NCBI GenBank assembly: GCA_965248255.1
Contig: CBDFIW010000003.1
Location: 1,088,193 to 1,152,192, forward strand
DNA: 64,000 nt
Reading direction: 5' to 3'
Source of the DNA: Bryobacterales bacterium
Lineage (GTDB): Bacteria > Acidobacteriota > Terriglobia > Bryobacterales > UBA6623
Position numbers and translations under genes: made by a program. The first letter of the stretch is position 1. The number at the start of each line of letters is the position of its first letter. The notes below the pieces were generated by a model that made no database searches, had not been told where the DNA came from, and saw nothing but the letters and a program-made list of their open reading frames with translations. Shown piece by piece: positions 29,364 to 40,486 of this stretch.

Positions 29364-32300
29364 GTGATGGATTCCGCACGATCACAGACGGATTACCTAC
29401 GGGCGCGAATGCTGGCCGTCGGGTTGTGCTGGCTCACGATCTTGCCGCTCGCGACCGCGCAGCAGGCCGGTTCGACTAAGGAGGAAAACGGCGAACGGCA
29501 CGCTCAGCGGATGGCTCGGGGGCTGGCACTCTTCAAGCGTGACGTGTGGCCGCTTCTTGTCGAGCGCTGCCTGGTCTGCCACGGCGGTGCGCAGACGCTG
29601 GGCAGCTTTGACCTCTCCAACCGCGACTCGCTGATCAGGAGCGGCAAGCTCGGCGAGACTCCCTCCTCGAGTCGGCTGCTGAAGCTCATACGGCATGAGC
29701 AAGAACCGCACATGCCGTTTCAACAGCCGAAACTGCCCGAGCAGGCGATAAACAACATCGCCCGCTGGATTGAACTGGGCGCGCCGTACGACAAACCCCT
29801 GGCCGACAGACCGCTGCTCGATAAACCCGCCGGGGACCAACCGGCCGAAGTGACCGATGCAGATCGTCAGTTCTGGTCTTTTCGTCCGCTCGCTCACAGC
29901 ACGCCACCGCCGGCGGTTGGCAATCCTACCTGGGATCAGGACTGGTCTCGAACGCCGATTGACCGATTCATTCTGAACAAGCTCGACGCGAAAGGACTAA
30001 CCCCGAATCCGGAGGCCGATCGGCGGACCTTGATTCGCCGAGCCTATCTGGACCTGCTGGGCCTGCCTCCCGAACCTGAAGACGTCGACGACTTCGTCAA
30101 GGATCGATCGCCCGACGCTTACGAAAAACTCATCGATCGCTTGCTCGAATCGCAACATCTTGGCGAGCGTTGGGCGCGACACTGGATCGACGTCGCTCGC
30201 TTCGCCGAGAGCTACGGCTTCGAAAGAGACTTTGACCGGCCGTACGCCTATCACTACCGTGACTTCCTGATCAAGGCGTTCAACCGCGACATGCCCTACG
30301 ACCGGTTCGTGCGCTGGCAATTGGCCGGCGATGAGCTGGCGCCCGACAATCCGTTGGCTTTGATGGCGACCGGGTTTCTGGGCGCGGGCGCCTTTCCGAC
30401 CGAGATCACCGAGCACGAGTTCGAAACCGTACGCTACGACGAGCTGGACGACATGGTCGGCACCACGGGGACTGCGATGCTGGGCCTAACCGTCGGCTGC
30501 GCTCGTTGCCATGACCACAAGTACGATCCCATTCCCACACGGAGCTACTACCGGTTGGCGTCCACTTTCGGGCACACGATTCGCACGGAACTCGACTATG
30601 ACCCGGCCCCGGAAGCCTACCGTACCTCCATGACGAAGTGGGAGGCGGGATACCAGGGGTTGGCCGCCGCTCGCAGCGAGTACGAACGCCGGCAACTGGC
30701 TGAACCGTTTGCACGCTGGCTCGAAAGCGGCGCCGAGCAGCCGCCCGACGACCCCTGGCAGGTTTTGGACTTCGCGGAGTTCGAATCGAAAGATGGAGCG
30801 ACCCTGGAGAAGCTCGAAGACGGCTCGATCCTAGCCAGCGGTGAGAGCCCGGACCTCGACGGCTACACGTTCACGGCGGACATCGACACCCTGGATATCC
30901 GTGCGCTCCGCCTCGAGGCGCTCACGCACCCATCGTTCCCGCACAACGGTCCCGGTCGGTCGCGCGGCGGCAGGTTTCGTCTATCGGATCTGAAGGCGAC
31001 GGCGCAACCGCTCGCCGACCCGAACGCCGAACCCGTCAAGCTGGAGTTCTCATCTACGTGGAGCACGGACTCTCCGGACCCAGATACCGCACCGCCGCCG
31101 GCTGTGTCCGGTACGAAGGTCGTGGACACAGACTGGTTCCCGAGCCCAGAGTCGGCTGGGCGCGATCAGGGTGCCGCCTTCGAGCTCGCCAAACCCTTCG
31201 GATTTGAAGGCGGCACGAAGCTGAGGATCAAGCTGTCCTTCAGCAAGCACATTCAGTTCAGCTTAGGGCGAACGCGGCTGTCGATCTCGCACGTGCCACG
31301 GTCGCCGTTGGATGTCGGTGCGGGCGCGCCGCAGCCGGTTGTCGAGGGTTTGGGGGTGCTTGAGCGTGAGGGCGTGGGCAGCCTTTCCGAGCGTCAGCAC
31401 GCGGCGCTGTTGCGCTGGTTTGGGCAGTCCGACGCCCGCTGGCGAGAGTTGGACCAAGACGTACAGTCGCACCTCTTCGCAAGGCCGCTCCCAACGAAGA
31501 CCAAGATCCAGGTGACGTCGGAGGGGTTTCCGATTCCCCGCCACAACTCGAACGGCAACGGGTATCCGCATTTCTACGAGCAGACGTATTTCCTGAATCG
31601 CGGAGACGTCAGCCAGAAGGGAGATCCGGCGAATCCAGGTTTCCTCGGGGTCTTGATGCGTGACGGCGATGACTCGCGGCGCTGGCTCGCTTCGCCTCCC
31701 CAGGAATGGGAGCGCACCAGCTTCCACAGGGCGTCGTTCGCGAACTGGATGACCGACGTCGACAACGGGGCGGGCGCGTTGCTGGCCCGTGTCATTGTGA
31801 ATCGCCTCTGGCACCACCATTTCGGCCGTGGGATCGTCGCTACGCCCAGTGACTTCGGACGACAAGGCGACCGGCCGTCCCACCCCGAATTGCTCGACTG
31901 GCTGACGCAGGATCTGATCGACCACGGCTGGCGGCTCAAGCGCCTACACGGGTTGATCATGACGAGCGCGGTCTACCGGCAGAGCGCCGCCTACGATTCG
32001 GAGAAGGCCGCGGTGGACGTGAACAACGTCTACCGCTGGCGCTGGACCCCGCGGCGGCTCGAAGCGGAGGCGATACGTGACTCGCTGCTGACTGTTTCCG
32101 GCTTGCTCGATCGCACCATGTACGGACCGGGTTCTCTCCGCCCCGACATGCGCCGCCGAAGCGTCTACTTCTTTATCAAGCGCGCCGAGTTGGTTCCGAT
32201 GATGATGCTGTTCGACTGGCCGGAACAGCTCATCGGCATCGGGCGCCGGCCGTCGACCACGGTCGCGCCGCAGGCCCTGATGTTTCTCAACAGCCCGCAG

Positions 32301-32549
32301 GCTCGAAGGTACGCCGAGGGTTTTGCGCAGCGGCTGAATGGGCTGGAAGGGCGTGCCGCGATGCGACAGGCGTACCGGATCGCGTACGGAAGGTCGCCGG
32401 ATGCGGATGAGCTTCTGGCCGCAGAGGAGTTCCTTGACGGCCAGCGCCGATCCTACGCGAGTGAAGGTCAGGCGGACGCCTCGACCTTGTCACTCACGGA
32501 TTACTGCCAGACGCTGATGAGTTTGAGTGAGTTCCTCTATATCCGGTAA
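29364..32549 (+). CDS. PSCyt1/DUF1549/DUF1553 protein (planctomycete-type cytochrome-like)
   Basis: CLVCHGG near the N-terminus, IRRAYLDLLGLPP, GCARCHDHKYDPI, and a long DUF1553-like tail. Confidence 0.8.
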   Translation: MMDSARSQTDYLRARMLAVGLCWLTILPLATAQQAGSTKEENGERHAQRMARGLALFKRDVWPLLVERCLVCHGGAQTLGSFDLSNRDSLIRSGKLGETPSSSRLLKLIRHEQEPHMPFQQPKLPEQAINNIARWIELGAPYDKPLADRPLLDKPAGDQPAEVTDADRQFWSFRPLAHSTPPPAVGNPTWDQDWSRTPIDRFILNKLDAKGLTPNPEADRRTLIRRAYLDLLGLPPEPEDVDDFVKDRSPDAYEKLIDRLLESQHLGERWARHWIDVARFAESYGFERDFDRPYAYHYRDFLIKAFNRDMPYDRFVRWQLAGDELAPDNPLALMATGFLGAGAFPTEITEHEFETVRYDELDDMVGTTGTAMLGLTVGCARCHDHKYDPIPTRSYYRLASTFGHTIRTELDYDPAPEAYRTSMTKWEAGYQGLAAARSEYERRQLAEPFARWLESGAEQPPDDPWQVLDFAEFESKDGATLEKLEDGSILASGESPDLDGYTFTADIDTLDIRALRLEALTHPSFPHNGPGRSRGGRFRLSDLKATAQPLADPNAEPVKLEFSSTWSTDSPDPDTAPPPAVSGTKVVDTDWFPSPESAGRDQGAAFELAKPFGFEGGTKLRIKLSFSKHIQFSLGRTRLSISHVPRSPLDVGAGAPQPVVEGLGVLEREGVGSLSERQHAALLRWFGQSDARWRELDQDVQSHLFARPLPTKTKIQVTSEGFPIPRHNSNGNGYPHFYEQTYFLNRGDVSQKGDPANPGFLGVLMRDGDDSRRWLASPPQEWERTSFHRASFANWMTDVDNGAGALLARVIVNRLWHHHFGRGIVATPSDFGRQGDRPSHPELLDWLTQDLIDHGWRLKRLHGLIMTSAVYRQSAAYDSEKAAVDVNNVYRWRWTPRRLEAEAIRDSLLTVSGLLDRTMYGPGSLRPDMRRRSVYFFIKRAELVPMMMLFDWPEQLIGIGRRPSTTVAPQALMFLNSPQARRYAEGFAQRLNGLEGRAAMRQAYRIAYGRSPDADELLAAEEFLDGQRRSYASEGQADASTLSLTDYCQTLMSLSEFLYIR

Positions 32550-32620
32550 AGCCTCAGACTTTTTCGGTGAGGTGCCTTGACGAGGTCCTCGGTGTTGCGG
32601 GGGGTCAGGCTGAAATCGGT

Positions 32621-33592
32621 TCAGTCTTCCGTTTCTCGGCTGTCGTCATCGACCGGTAGTCGTTTTTGTAAACCGTCAATAGCAGTGAGCAGTTCCTCAA
32701 GACGGTCCTCTTGCAGCAAGATTGCGTCTCGGAGAGCGACAACGTTTCCGTCCATTGTGTGAATGCGGTCGTCGACATCATACTGAAGTCGCTGGAATTC
32801 CTCGGACAGAGACCCATGCCGGGCCAGGATGATCGCCTGCTGCTGCTGGTACTCTTTCCCCAACTCTGATTTGAGTTGCTTGTGATCTTTCCGGAGGTCC
32901 TCGGCAAGCTGGGTCTTGGTCAACTGAAGCGCCTCGTCATGCTCCTGGAACTGGGTCGCGACCTGCTGGAAACCCGTGTTCATCCCAGCGTGCTGCTGTT
33001 TTAAGTTGCTTCTTACGTCCATCACTTCGGACTCTACCGTTTGCGTAAGCGACTCAAAGCCGTCCTGAGAGGCCGAGATTGACTTACCCAAGCCTTGCCG
33101 GACTAGTTGCACCTCTTCGTCCAATTCGCCGGTCTCAGAATCGACGCGTTCCCGGACCTCTCCGACAGCGATTGAGATCTTGTCGTGCCCTATTTTCAGC
33201 TCCTTCTCGTCTTCGATCTCAAACTTGTGTTCCAACCAAGCTTCACCGATGCCTGCTCCGAGCAAAACAATCATGAGGTTGATTGAGATCCATCCAAGCG
33301 GCGTAATGTTGTGATGGATAGATCGATTCTTGTTTGGATGGTAGGTGTCTCCGAAGATGGCGAGAGCTGGTGCCAGTACGCCCAGAGCGATGACCAGGCA
33401 TCGGAGAATCAACAGTTCGCGCTCTTGCGGCGTTTCTAGGTCTACAGGATGAGCCAGCCACACCATCGCTAAAACACCGAGGGTCATCAACCCCCCGATG
33501 ACTGGCCATCGGAAATGTACGCGGACGCCTTCTTCCAGCGTACGAAACGTGACTGAGAACCTGCCGTGACCTGAACTCACTGCACCGTTCAT
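32621..33592 (-). CDS. membrane protein with long C-terminal coiled-coil
   Basis: ATG at 33592 (MNGAVSS...). Three or four hydrophobic segments followed by a heptad-rich Q/E/L tail. The start is uncertain because the ORF extends to 33697. Confidence 0.45.
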   Translation of the reverse strand: MNGAVSSGHGRFSVTFRTLEEGVRVHFRWPVIGGLMTLGVLAMVWLAHPVDLETPQERELLILRCLVIALGVLAPALAIFGDTYHPNKNRSIHHNITPLGWISINLMIVLLGAGIGEAWLEHKFEIEDEKELKIGHDKISIAVGEVRERVDSETGELDEEVQLVRQGLGKSISASQDGFESLTQTVESEVMDVRSNLKQQHAGMNTGFQQVATQFQEHDEALQLTKTQLAEDLRKDHKQLKSELGKEYQQQQAIILARHGSLSEEFQRLQYDVDDRIHTMDGNVVALRDAILLQEDRLEELLTAIDGLQKRLPVDDDSRETED

Positions 33593-33767
33593 AACAGCCT
33601 CGCTCCGGGATATATCTGCCGTCTTTTGCCGACATCTGGATAGGCGAAAAAACTCACTCTCAGAGGCCACGCAGCCGCATTTCTTTCGTCTGAACACGGT
33701 GGCATGACGGTCGAGCCGAGTTGGTCACTGAGACCGTGAAGTAGGCGTTTGTGCCACAATAGGGCCG

Positions 33768-35239
33768 ATGTGAAACGGTCTCCCAGCCAGATTCCGACTC
33801 CCGCTTTCTCCCGCCGCGCCCTACTGCAACAGTGCGGCATGGGCTTCGGCATGCTCGGTTTGACGGGCCTTCTCGACGACGAAGGCCTCGTCGCCGCCGG
33901 CCCGCCCATCGATCGCGCTCTCAACCCGCTGGCGCCACGTCCCACGCATTTCGCTCGCAAGGCCAAGAGCGTCATTTGGCTGTTCATCAACGGCGGGCCC
34001 AGCCACATCGACACTTGGGACTACCGGCCTGCGCTCGCCAAGTATGACGGGCAAGAACTCGAAGGGTTCGACAAGTTCACCGGCTTCTTCTCGAAAGAGG
34101 TCGGCGCCTTGATGAAGTCGCCGTTCCACTTCTCTCCGCGCGGAGAGAGCGGCAAGATGGTCTCGGAGATCTTTACTCACCTGGGCGAACACGTCGACAA
34201 GATGGCCTTCGTCCACTCGGGCCATTCCGATTCCAACAACCATTCACCGGCGTTGTTCACGATCAACAGCGGGCAGATGCGCATGGGCTATCCCTGTCTC
34301 GGCTCTTGGGTGACCTATGGGCTCGGGAGCGAAAGCCGGAACCTGCCGGGCTTTGTCGTCATGTCGGACCCGAAGAACCGCGGACTTCCCAAGGGCAGTG
34401 CCGCCAACTGGAGTGCGGGTTTCCTGCCGGGCGTCTATCAAGGGACCTGGCTGCGCCCCACGGGCGACCCGATCGAGAACCTGAAGCGCCCGGCCGTGCT
34501 CAGCGACGAAAGGCAGCGCGCCCAGCTCGACCTGATGGCGCGACTCGGCGCTCAGGACCTTGAGCGGAACCCTCACGAAGCCGAGTTGGCCGCGCGTATC
34601 GAGAGCTTCGAACTTGCGTATCGCATGCAAATGGCTGCGCCCGAAGCGTTGGATGTTGAGCGCGAGCCGCCACGCATCCAGCAGATGTACGGCTTGCGCG
34701 AGAAGCACTGCGGGCACATGGCGCGGCAATGTCTGATGGCACGGCGATTAGTCGAGCGTGGCGTGCGCTTTGTGCAGATCTACTCGGGCGGCATGGAGAA
34801 CGCGCGCTCGTGGGACGGCCACCACGACATTCACGGCAACCACACGCAGTTCGCCGGCGAAACCGATCAGCCGATGGCGGCGCTGCTGACCGATCTGGAA
34901 CAGCGGGGTTTGCTGGACGAGACGCTGGTTATCTGGGGCGGCGAATTCGGCCGCCTTCCACTCTCCCAGATCGGCGGCGCCAAACCGGGCCGCGACCACA
35001 ACCCCCACTGCTTCACGACATGGATGGCAGGCGGCGGCATCAAGGGCGGAGTCTCCTACGGCAAGTCCGATGAGCTAGGCCACAAGGCGGCGGTCAACAA
35101 GGTTTCAGTGAACGACTTCCACGCAACGATCCTGCATCTACTGGGGATCGACCACGAGCACCTCACATACAAGTACAACGGCCGGCAGTTTCGACTAACG
35201 GACGTAGCCGGCAACGTTCTCGACGACATCATCGCTTAG
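33768..35239 (+). CDS. DUF1501 (sulfatase-like) protein with Tat signal
   Basis: GTG at 33768. FSRRALLQQCGMGFG, GRDHNPHCFTTWMAGGGIKGG. It is the usual partner of DUF1549/DUF1553 genes. Confidence 0.8.
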
Positions 35240-35295
35240 GAACCCAGGCCTTCCCGGGACGGATGCCGGCGAGATCGGTCCTTGGCTGGCCTGAG

Positions 35296-35332
35296 AACAG
35301 GCGCTGGAGCAAGCCTCAGAAGAGCGCCTGTT
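35296..35332. terminator. hairpin between convergent genes
   Basis: AACAGGCGCT (35296-35305) pairs with AGCGCCTGTT (35323-35332), leaving a 17-nt loop. Confidence 0.4.
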
Positions 35333-35399
35333 AGGGCGCGGGCCCGAGACGCTCGCTGAAGGTGGGAAGGTCGTTGGGCGGAGCCAAATCGAGACGACT

Positions 35400-36068
35400 C
35401 TAACACAAGGCACTTCCTGAAGGATCGCTCGCCACCCGGGATAGCACGTTGGCTTTCATTCGTTTGGCCTGTTTGGCGGTGAAGCCCAACCTCCCCTCGG
35501 CGGCGCGCTCCATCTCCTGTTTGCGCCAGGGAGTGCGCATGATCCCTTTCCCCGAATGGCTTCCCTCGCCCAGCAGTAGATGACCGATTTCGTGGGCCAG
35601 GATGTATCCCAGCATCTGCGCCATTGACGTCGGATGTCCGGTGGCCAGTTGTTCAGCCGCTTCGAAGAACACACTGGCCTGGGATGCGACCTTCCCCTTC
35701 TCGGTTGGCAGGGCTGCAAAGCCCAACCGATAACGCGGGTTCTGAGAACGAGGAGCAATCCGGATCACAAGCTCGGTGGACGCTGCGCTGCCGCGGCAGG
35801 CGGTATTGATTTGGAGTTCCGCCAGGGAGGTAGGACAGTCGATCCACAGCGCGTGAACACCCACGTCGCGCAAGACCCTGCCCGCTTGCTTTTTGGCCGC
35901 GGCCACGATCCTCTCCGCGACCCCGGCATAGTTAAAGACACGTACCGTGATGGTTGGTCTAAATTCGGGTTCGACGCCGGACGCTGTGTCGGCAAGACCT
36001 GCCGAACTCAGGGTCAACAGGGAACTCAAGATCAGGAAATTTCTGGATAACCGCTTCATGGCTCTCAC
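35400..36068 (-). CDS. secreted zinc-metalloprotease-like protein
   Basis: Signal-like N-terminus (LILSSLLTLSSAGLA). HEIGHLLLG is an HExxH motif. Confidence 0.5.
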   Translation of the reverse strand: MRAMKRLSRNFLILSSLLTLSSAGLADTASGVEPEFRPTITVRVFNYAGVAERIVAAAKKQAGRVLRDVGVHALWIDCPTSLAELQINTACRGSAASTELVIRIAPRSQNPRYRLGFAALPTEKGKVASQASVFFEAAEQLATGHPTSMAQMLGYILAHEIGHLLLGEGSHSGKGIMRTPWRKQEMERAAEGRLGFTAKQAKRMKANVLSRVASDPSGSALC

Positions 36069-36300
36069 CTCCGTGGGGGTTGGTAAGAGCCAGAATCCGG
36101 CCGCTAGGCTGGTACCTCAAGGCACCTGGCGACTGATTATTTCTTAAGTAGTCATCGACTAGTTATTGAGAGATAAACCAATGAAACAGAGGAACTTATG
36201 GCTGCCCCGAGGCATCTGAAATCCGCCCGAAATTCCTTGCCGCCGCGGTGTTATACTTCCCCTATCCGGTGGGAGGATCGAAGGCGGAGCGGACTACACC

Positions 36301-37606
36301 ATGCTCGAAGCCGAACAAGCGTTGCGGATCGTCCGTTTCGAAAAGTTCGAGGTCAGCCTGAGCGCGGGCGAGCTTCGCAAGAATGGGATCAGGATTAGGC
36401 TTCAAGACCAGCCTTTCCAGGTCCTGGCGGCGTTGCTCGAGCGCCCCGGAAAACTGGTCACCCGCCAAGCCCTGCGCGAGAGGCTCTGGTCAGGCGATAC
36501 CTTTGTCGACTTCGACCGCAGCCTCAACACGGCGATTGCCAAGATCCGCGAAGCGCTGGGCGACTCGGCCAACGAGCCCCGCTTCGTCGAGACCCTGCCT
36601 CGACGCGGCTATCGCTTCATCGGGCAGATCGAGCGGCTCGACCCCACCGGTCAGATCGTCGGGCTGCCGGCGGGCGCGGGTGCCAAAGGAACCATTTCCC
36701 GTTACCGTCTTTTGGAAAAGCTCGGTGAAGGCGGCATGGGGGTGGTGTACAAGGCCGAGGACACCACGCTGCAGCGAAACGTGGCCCTGAAATTCCTGGC
36801 CCCCCATCTGACCCGAGACCCCCCAGGCCAAACAGCGCTTCCTACGAGAGGCGCGGGCCGCGGCGAGCGTCGAGCACCCCAACATCTGCGCCGTCCATGA
36901 GATCGACGAGGTGGACGGGCAGACGTTCATCGCGATGGCTTACGTTGAGGGACAAACTCTCGACAGGAAGATCGAGCAGCGGCCGCTCGAGCTCGCAGAA
37001 GCGGTCCAGATCGCGAGCGAAGTGGCGTTGGGGTTGGAGGCGGCTCACCACAAGGGTGTCGTTCACCGCGACATCAAGGGCGCGAACATCATGATCAGCG
37101 AGGCGCGCCCAGGGGTGGCGTCGCAGGTAAAGGTGATGGACTTCGGGCTGGCGCGGCTGCTGGACCAGGGGACTCTGACGAGCCTCGAGACGGCGCTGGA
37201 CACGCTATCCTACGCGGCGCCGGAACAGGCGCGAGGGGAGGAGATAGATCAACGGGCGGACATCTGGTCGCTGGGGGTGGTGCTCTATCAGATGGTAAGC
37301 GGCCGGTTGCCGTTCAAGGGTGAAACCGACGCCGCGGTTCTGTACGCAATTCTCCACAAGGACCCCGAGCCGCTGACGGACGTTCAAGACGGCGTGCCGA
37401 TCGAGATCAAGAAGGTGATCGAGAAGGCCCTGGCGAAGAACCCGAATCAGCGCTACCAGCAGGCGGGAGAGTTGCTGGTGGATCTCGGAAGCATACAGGA
37501 GCAACGGGAGGTCGCGGGCGGCGCGAGGGCGCCTCGGAAGCGAGCTGCGAAGCCGAAACCTCTCCGCGCCCTGCCACGCGGCGAAGGCGCTGGGCCTTGG
37601 GGATGA
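36301..37606 (+). pseudogene. OmpR/CadC-type winged-helix + Ser/Thr protein kinase, frameshifted in a C6 run (36819-36824)
   Basis: wHTH: [11 protein letters not shown]...[12 protein letters not shown]...[10 protein letters not shown]. Kinase: [12 protein letters not shown], then after the shift [38 protein letters not shown]. The second frame opens only after the TGA at 36809-36811. Confidence 0.7.
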
Positions 37607-37980
37607 CTGCCGCGGCGGTCGTCCTGACGATTGCCGGCCTGTCGGTTGGGAATTTCCTGCCTACAGCCGAACAGCCCCTGGAACCCCTACGGACCGTTCC
37701 CCTTACGAGCTACTCAGACATAGAGAGTCAACCCACATTCTCCCCAGAGGGCAGTCGGGTGGCCTTCAGCTGGAAAGGGGAGAAGCGGGACAATTGGGAT
37801 GTTTACGTCAAGCTCATCGGGCCCGGCCCGCCGTTGCGACTGACGACCGACCCCGACGTGGATCACAGCGCCGCTTGGTCGCCGGACGGGCAACACATCG
37901 CCTTTCTCCGTGGACCTTTCCCAGGGCAGAAGGCTGACGTCTTCCTCGTTCCCGCCCTTGGAGGGCCGAAACGTAAACTA
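37603..37980 (+). pseudogene. TM + TolB-like beta-propeller protein, 5' part (interrupted by IS630 copy 4)
   Basis: The ATG at 37603 overlaps the kinase stop (ATGA). TM segment AAAVVLTIAGLSVG. PTFSPEGSRVAFSW and AAWSPDGQHIAFL are PD40-type repeats. Confidence 0.65.
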
Positions 37981-39074
37981 TTGAATCCCGCAAATTATTA
38001 TGACACTTTTTGACAGTGTGGAGCATCTATATATGTATGGGCAACCCCAAAGGTGTGAAGCGGGATTTCAAGGCGCTGGAGAAGCGCCGTTTCGAAGCGA
38101 TGCGGCTGCTCCACCAAGGCCACAATCAGTCCGAGACGGCGAGACGGCTGAACGTCGCTCGCCAAACCGTCAGTGAGTGGCGGCGGCAATACCGCGAGCA
38201 GGGTGCGGCCGGACTCCGCCAGGCCGGGCGCGCCGGACGCAAGCCGCTCCTCGATGCCGCACAACGCGAACGCCTGACGTCGCTGCTGCTGGAAGGCCCG
38301 GAAGCCCACGGCTTCCCAACGCCCCTGTGGAGCTGTCCGCGGGTGGCTCGGCTGACCGGAGACGAGTTCGGGGTCGCATACCACGCAGGCCACGCCTGGA
38401 AGATCCTGCGAGCGCTCGACTGGAGCCCGCAACGCCCGGCCGGAAAGGCGCGCGAGCGCAACGAAGAGCGGATCCGCACCTGGAAGCGCAAGACCTGGAA
38501 GCGCATTAAAAAAGCCCAAAACGAAGGCCGTACGCTCGTCTTCATCGACGAAAGCGGATTGAGTCAGAAGCCGCATCGCTGCCGCACCTGGGCGCCACGT
38601 GGCCAAACACCGGTGCTGCAGTTTAACTTCAACTGGGAGAAGCTTTCCGTCTCGGCGGGGCTGACGCTGCGTAACTTCTACTTCCGGCTCTATCCCGGTG
38701 CGATCGGCAAAGAGCAAGTGACCGACTTTCTCAAGGCGTTGGTACGTCATATCGATCGCCCGCTGCTGATCGTCTGGGATCGGCTGCCGGCGCACCGTAG
38801 CCGCCTGGTGCAAGAGTTCATCGAACTCTCCGAAGGCCACATCGCAACCGAGTACTTGCCACCCTATGCGCCGGAGTTGAATCCGGTGGAATACATCTGG
38901 GCTTACTGGAAGCAGCACGAGTTGCCGAACGTCTGTCCGAAAGACTACGGCGAGCTGAACGAGCGGGCCCGCAAGGCACTCCGCCGCATGTACCGCAAAC
39001 CGCGTTTGATCACGGCCTTCTGGAAACAGTCTTCTCTTTGTTTTGACTGACTCTATATTATGCGGCAGTCAATA
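37979..39074 (+). mobile_element. IS630-family insertion sequence, copy 4 (1,096 bp; A6 variant)
   Basis: Same ends and TA flanks as copy 1. The A tract at 38508-38513 is 2 nt shorter than in copies 1-3. Confidence 0.9.
38037..39050 (+). CDS. IS630-family transposase, single uninterrupted ORF
   Basis: 337 aa from the ATG at 38037. ...WKRIKKAQNEGRTLVFIDESGLSQKPH... bridges the two halves that are out of frame in copies 1-3. Confidence 0.85.
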   Translation: MGNPKGVKRDFKALEKRRFEAMRLLHQGHNQSETARRLNVARQTVSEWRRQYREQGAAGLRQAGRAGRKPLLDAAQRERLTSLLLEGPEAHGFPTPLWSCPRVARLTGDEFGVAYHAGHAWKILRALDWSPQRPAGKARERNEERIRTWKRKTWKRIKKAQNEGRTLVFIDESGLSQKPHRCRTWAPRGQTPVLQFNFNWEKLSVSAGLTLRNFYFRLYPGAIGKEQVTDFLKALVRHIDRPLLIVWDRLPAHRSRLVQEFIELSEGHIATEYLPPYAPELNPVEYIWAYWKQHELPNVCPKDYGELNERARKALRRMYRKPRLITAFWKQSSLCFD

Positions 39075-40436
39075 GCTGAGACGCGGATACCGCCCGTTTA
39101 TGTTGTGGGAACCTGCCTGAACTGGTCTCCGGACAGCCGTTGGCTGGCTGTGTGCGATGCGGATGATTCCGAATTAATGAAGAGCTTGTTTCTGCTCTCG
39201 GTTGATTCCGGTGAAATGCGAAGGTTGACGTCGGCGCCGGAGGGCTCGCTCGACGGTGATCTCAGTCCCGCCTTTTCTCCGGACGGCCGCACTCTCGCCT
39301 TCACCCGGGGCGGCGCCGCCTTTTTCCGTGATCTCTATCTGCTGGATCTCGGAGACGATCTGATCCCAAAAGGTGAACCGGGGCGGTGGACCTCTATGGA
39401 GGGCTTGACCACGAGTCCCGTTTTTACCTCCGATGGCCGCGACATTGTCTTCGCTTCGGGCACGACCGACGCCCCAAGCCTCTGGAGAGTGCCGGCATCC
39501 GGGTCGGCCCCGCCTCAACGGCTCTCTTTCGGGGAGCGCGCATTGTTTCCGGCGATCTCCCGCCGAGGGAACCGGGCAGCTTATATGAACGTCCCGGAAG
39601 GCGGAGTCAACATCTGGCGCGCTAATCTACCCATGACGGACGGGGCCGCCATCAAGCTGATTTCCTCTTCGCGGCATGACGACGACCCGCGATATTCTCC
39701 CGATGGAAAGAGCATCGCGTTCACGTCGTATCGCTCCGGCATCAACGAGATCTGGAAGTGCGACAGTGACGGCTCGAACGCTGTACAACTGACTTCGCTT
39801 GGCGCCTCGACGACAAGTCGGCCCCGGTGGGCACCCGATGGGAGCAGCATCGGATTCACGTCTGATCGCGAGGGGCAGGTTGGCGTTTACGTCGTCAACG
39901 CCGACGGGGGCGCGCCTCGGCGCTTGACGAGCGGCTGGTACCCAAGCTGGTCGAGGAACGGGAACCCAAGCTGGTCGAGAGACGGAAAGTGGATCTACTT
40001 CATTTCAAACCGATCAGGGGATTTTGAGTCTTTCAGGATGCCGGCCACGGGGCAAGGCCCCGTCCAGTTCGTTGCGGTCGGCGCTCCTGGGATGGAATCG
40101 CCCGACGGCAAGCTGTTTTACTTCACGCGTGGGGGCACAAGCCCATCTCTGTGGAGAGTACCGGTAGAGGGAGGCGAGGAAAGCCAAGTCATTGAATCTT
40201 TGAAGGGAGGGTACGAAGTCGTTGAGGACGGGATCTATTTCATTCCCGAATTGACGCCGGGAGCCGGCGCTTCGATTCAGTTTCTTCGCTTTGCCACGCA
40301 CGACGTCGAGCACGTCTTAGACCTCGAAGGGGTCCTCACGAGTGGCCTGAGCGTTTCCCCCGACGGCCGATCGATCCTGTATAGCCAGATGGACCAATCG
40401 GAGGCCGGCATCATGCTGGTGGAGAATTTCCGGTGA
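39073..40436 (+). pseudogene. TolB-like beta-propeller protein, 3' part
   Basis: Repeated PD40 motifs (FSPDGRTLAF, YSPDGKSIAFTS, WAPDGSSIGFTSDR, WSRDGKWIYF, VSPDGRSILY). Joins in frame to 37978 when the IS and one TA are removed (…PKRKL|AETRIPP…). Confidence 0.7.
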
Positions 40437-40486
40437 GGGTTTGGCGTTGTTCGGTTGGCAGCAGACCCCCCGGGCGGTATTGGGTG

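Noticed and set aside
36911-37606. A stand-alone kinase gene starting at the GTG at 36911.
   Set aside because: Kinase subdomains I-II ([11 protein letters not shown]...ALKFL) lie upstream in ORF 36301..36900, and the intervening [19 protein letters not shown] is open in the same frame as 36911. This is one gene with a frameshift, not two genes.
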